Assembly (NCBI RefSeq): GCF_006345805.1
Contig: NC_043007.1
Coordinates: forward strand, 38,626,001 to 38,690,000
DNA length: 64,000 nucleotides
Direction: 5' to 3'
Origin: Octopus sinensis
Lineage: Eukaryota
This document shows, one piece after another, positions 62,833 to 64,000 of this stretch. Below the pieces are notes generated by a model, which saw only the letters and a program-made list of their open reading frames with translations, did no database searches and was not told the DNA's origin. The position numbers were made by a program, and so were the translations under genes. Numbering within the stretch: the first letter of the stretch is position 1; the number at the start of each line of letters is the position of its first letter.

Positions 62833-64000
62833 ACTACACATTGTATTTTAAACTAATACTGCTTCTTTCATGCGTGATGAAATATATACACGTTTGCTAA
62901 CTTGTCCTGTCTATGTTGTCCTTTTCTTGTGCTCATTGCCTTATTAATATATGTACATATATGTTAAAAGGCAGACGTTACAGCAATAGATTGCTTTGAG
63001 CTGTTTGTTTCAACTATGTTGTCTGAGGTACACTATCTAGTTTCCAGTCATAGTTTGATGGGCAACTGACTTGACTCTGCTTATACCATGAATGTCATTC
63101 ACTCTCTCATTCCTTTGTTAGTTTTATTTGAGGCCTTCTATTTAAATAATAAAGAAAAAAACTACTCTGTGCATACATTCATACACAAATTATCCATAGG
63201 AGAGCTCATATATGGAAGCATACCATACTAAAAATTTCAGTCAAATCTCTTATTACCATTTTGAAAGATAAAAAAAAAGGGGCGTGTTGGACAATATAAA
63301 AGGTACACAATGTCTATGAAAAAATGGTTAAAGCTGGAATGCTTTTGGTTACAGGTTTGCTTACACAGGACTGATTTGGGGATTAAACAACCGCTCTGTA
63401 CACTGTTTGTGTGTTTACTTTCACCAGATAATACTGGAGCATTAAGCAAGATTTTTCCAACAATTCAAATCGCATCTCTACAGATCACTGGTTTAGCTTG
63501 AGCTAACAAGGAAGCTACTACCTGCCAGAAATAACAGCCAAGTCTCCATCATACCACAATTTGCTGTCTTAAAGAAGGAAAGACATTGAATGATGATGTA
63601 GTTCTAGATGTATTAAGCCAAGGAAAAAAAAGATTGAATAGCCAGTCTGGAATACCTTTTGATCATAAGTCTTTGTGATCAGGTCTGACCTTGGGTTAAA
63701 CAACATTTTCTCTAGTTGGATTTTGTTGCTGAGTTTTTATCAGTTTTCCTCTTCTTTCACAGAATTCTTTCCTGTAAAACTGTTTACAGAGAGCTTCTAC
63801 TGTTGATGTTTAGAACTCAAGACAACTGTAGTGAAAGGCATTCTAGCCATGGCCATCATATCAAGAATACATTATCTGATTTGTCCTTCCTTTATTGAGA
63901 TGCTTATGTGAGATCTGAAGGAGATTGTACTAGCTGGTTGGGTTATTGCATAACCTCTCACTACATGGTGTATCAACTTTGTTTCTTCTCTACATGGTAA

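Overview
AT-rich, microsatellite- and retroposon-dense animal genomic DNA. The repeat families look like Octopus-type cephalopod ones, but the species is an inference. The window holds one complete protein-coding gene: a 14-exon WDR26 (GID7, CTLH/GID E3-ligase subunit) orthologue on the + strand. I assembled it by hand from 7429 to 53729: all introns are GT-AG, phases are consistent, and the CDS is 1716 nt (571 aa; LisH-CTLH-WD40). Most interesting: the in-frame leader just upstream of the first AUG encodes a 26-aa acidic/Ser + NLS-like peptide (LASSSESEDGGVSPPPPKKQRVSAAN). It begins at a CUG in strong Kozak context (7351), 14 nt after a 6-codon uORF. It resembles, from memory, the non-AUG N-terminal extension of human WDR26, suggesting an ancient two-proteoform (nuclear vs cytoplasmic) design that AUG-based annotation would miss. 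The rest is introns and flanks filled with tRNA-derived SINEs showing head/tail module swapping, RTE and R4/Dong-like LINE remnants, piggyBac-, Tigger- and hAT-type DNA elements, a head-to-tail SINE array and two near-perfect fold-back hairpins. Repeat family names come from recall and repeat boundaries are approximate unless a TSD/TIR is quoted. Most ORFs in the supplied track are microsatellite or antisense artefacts.
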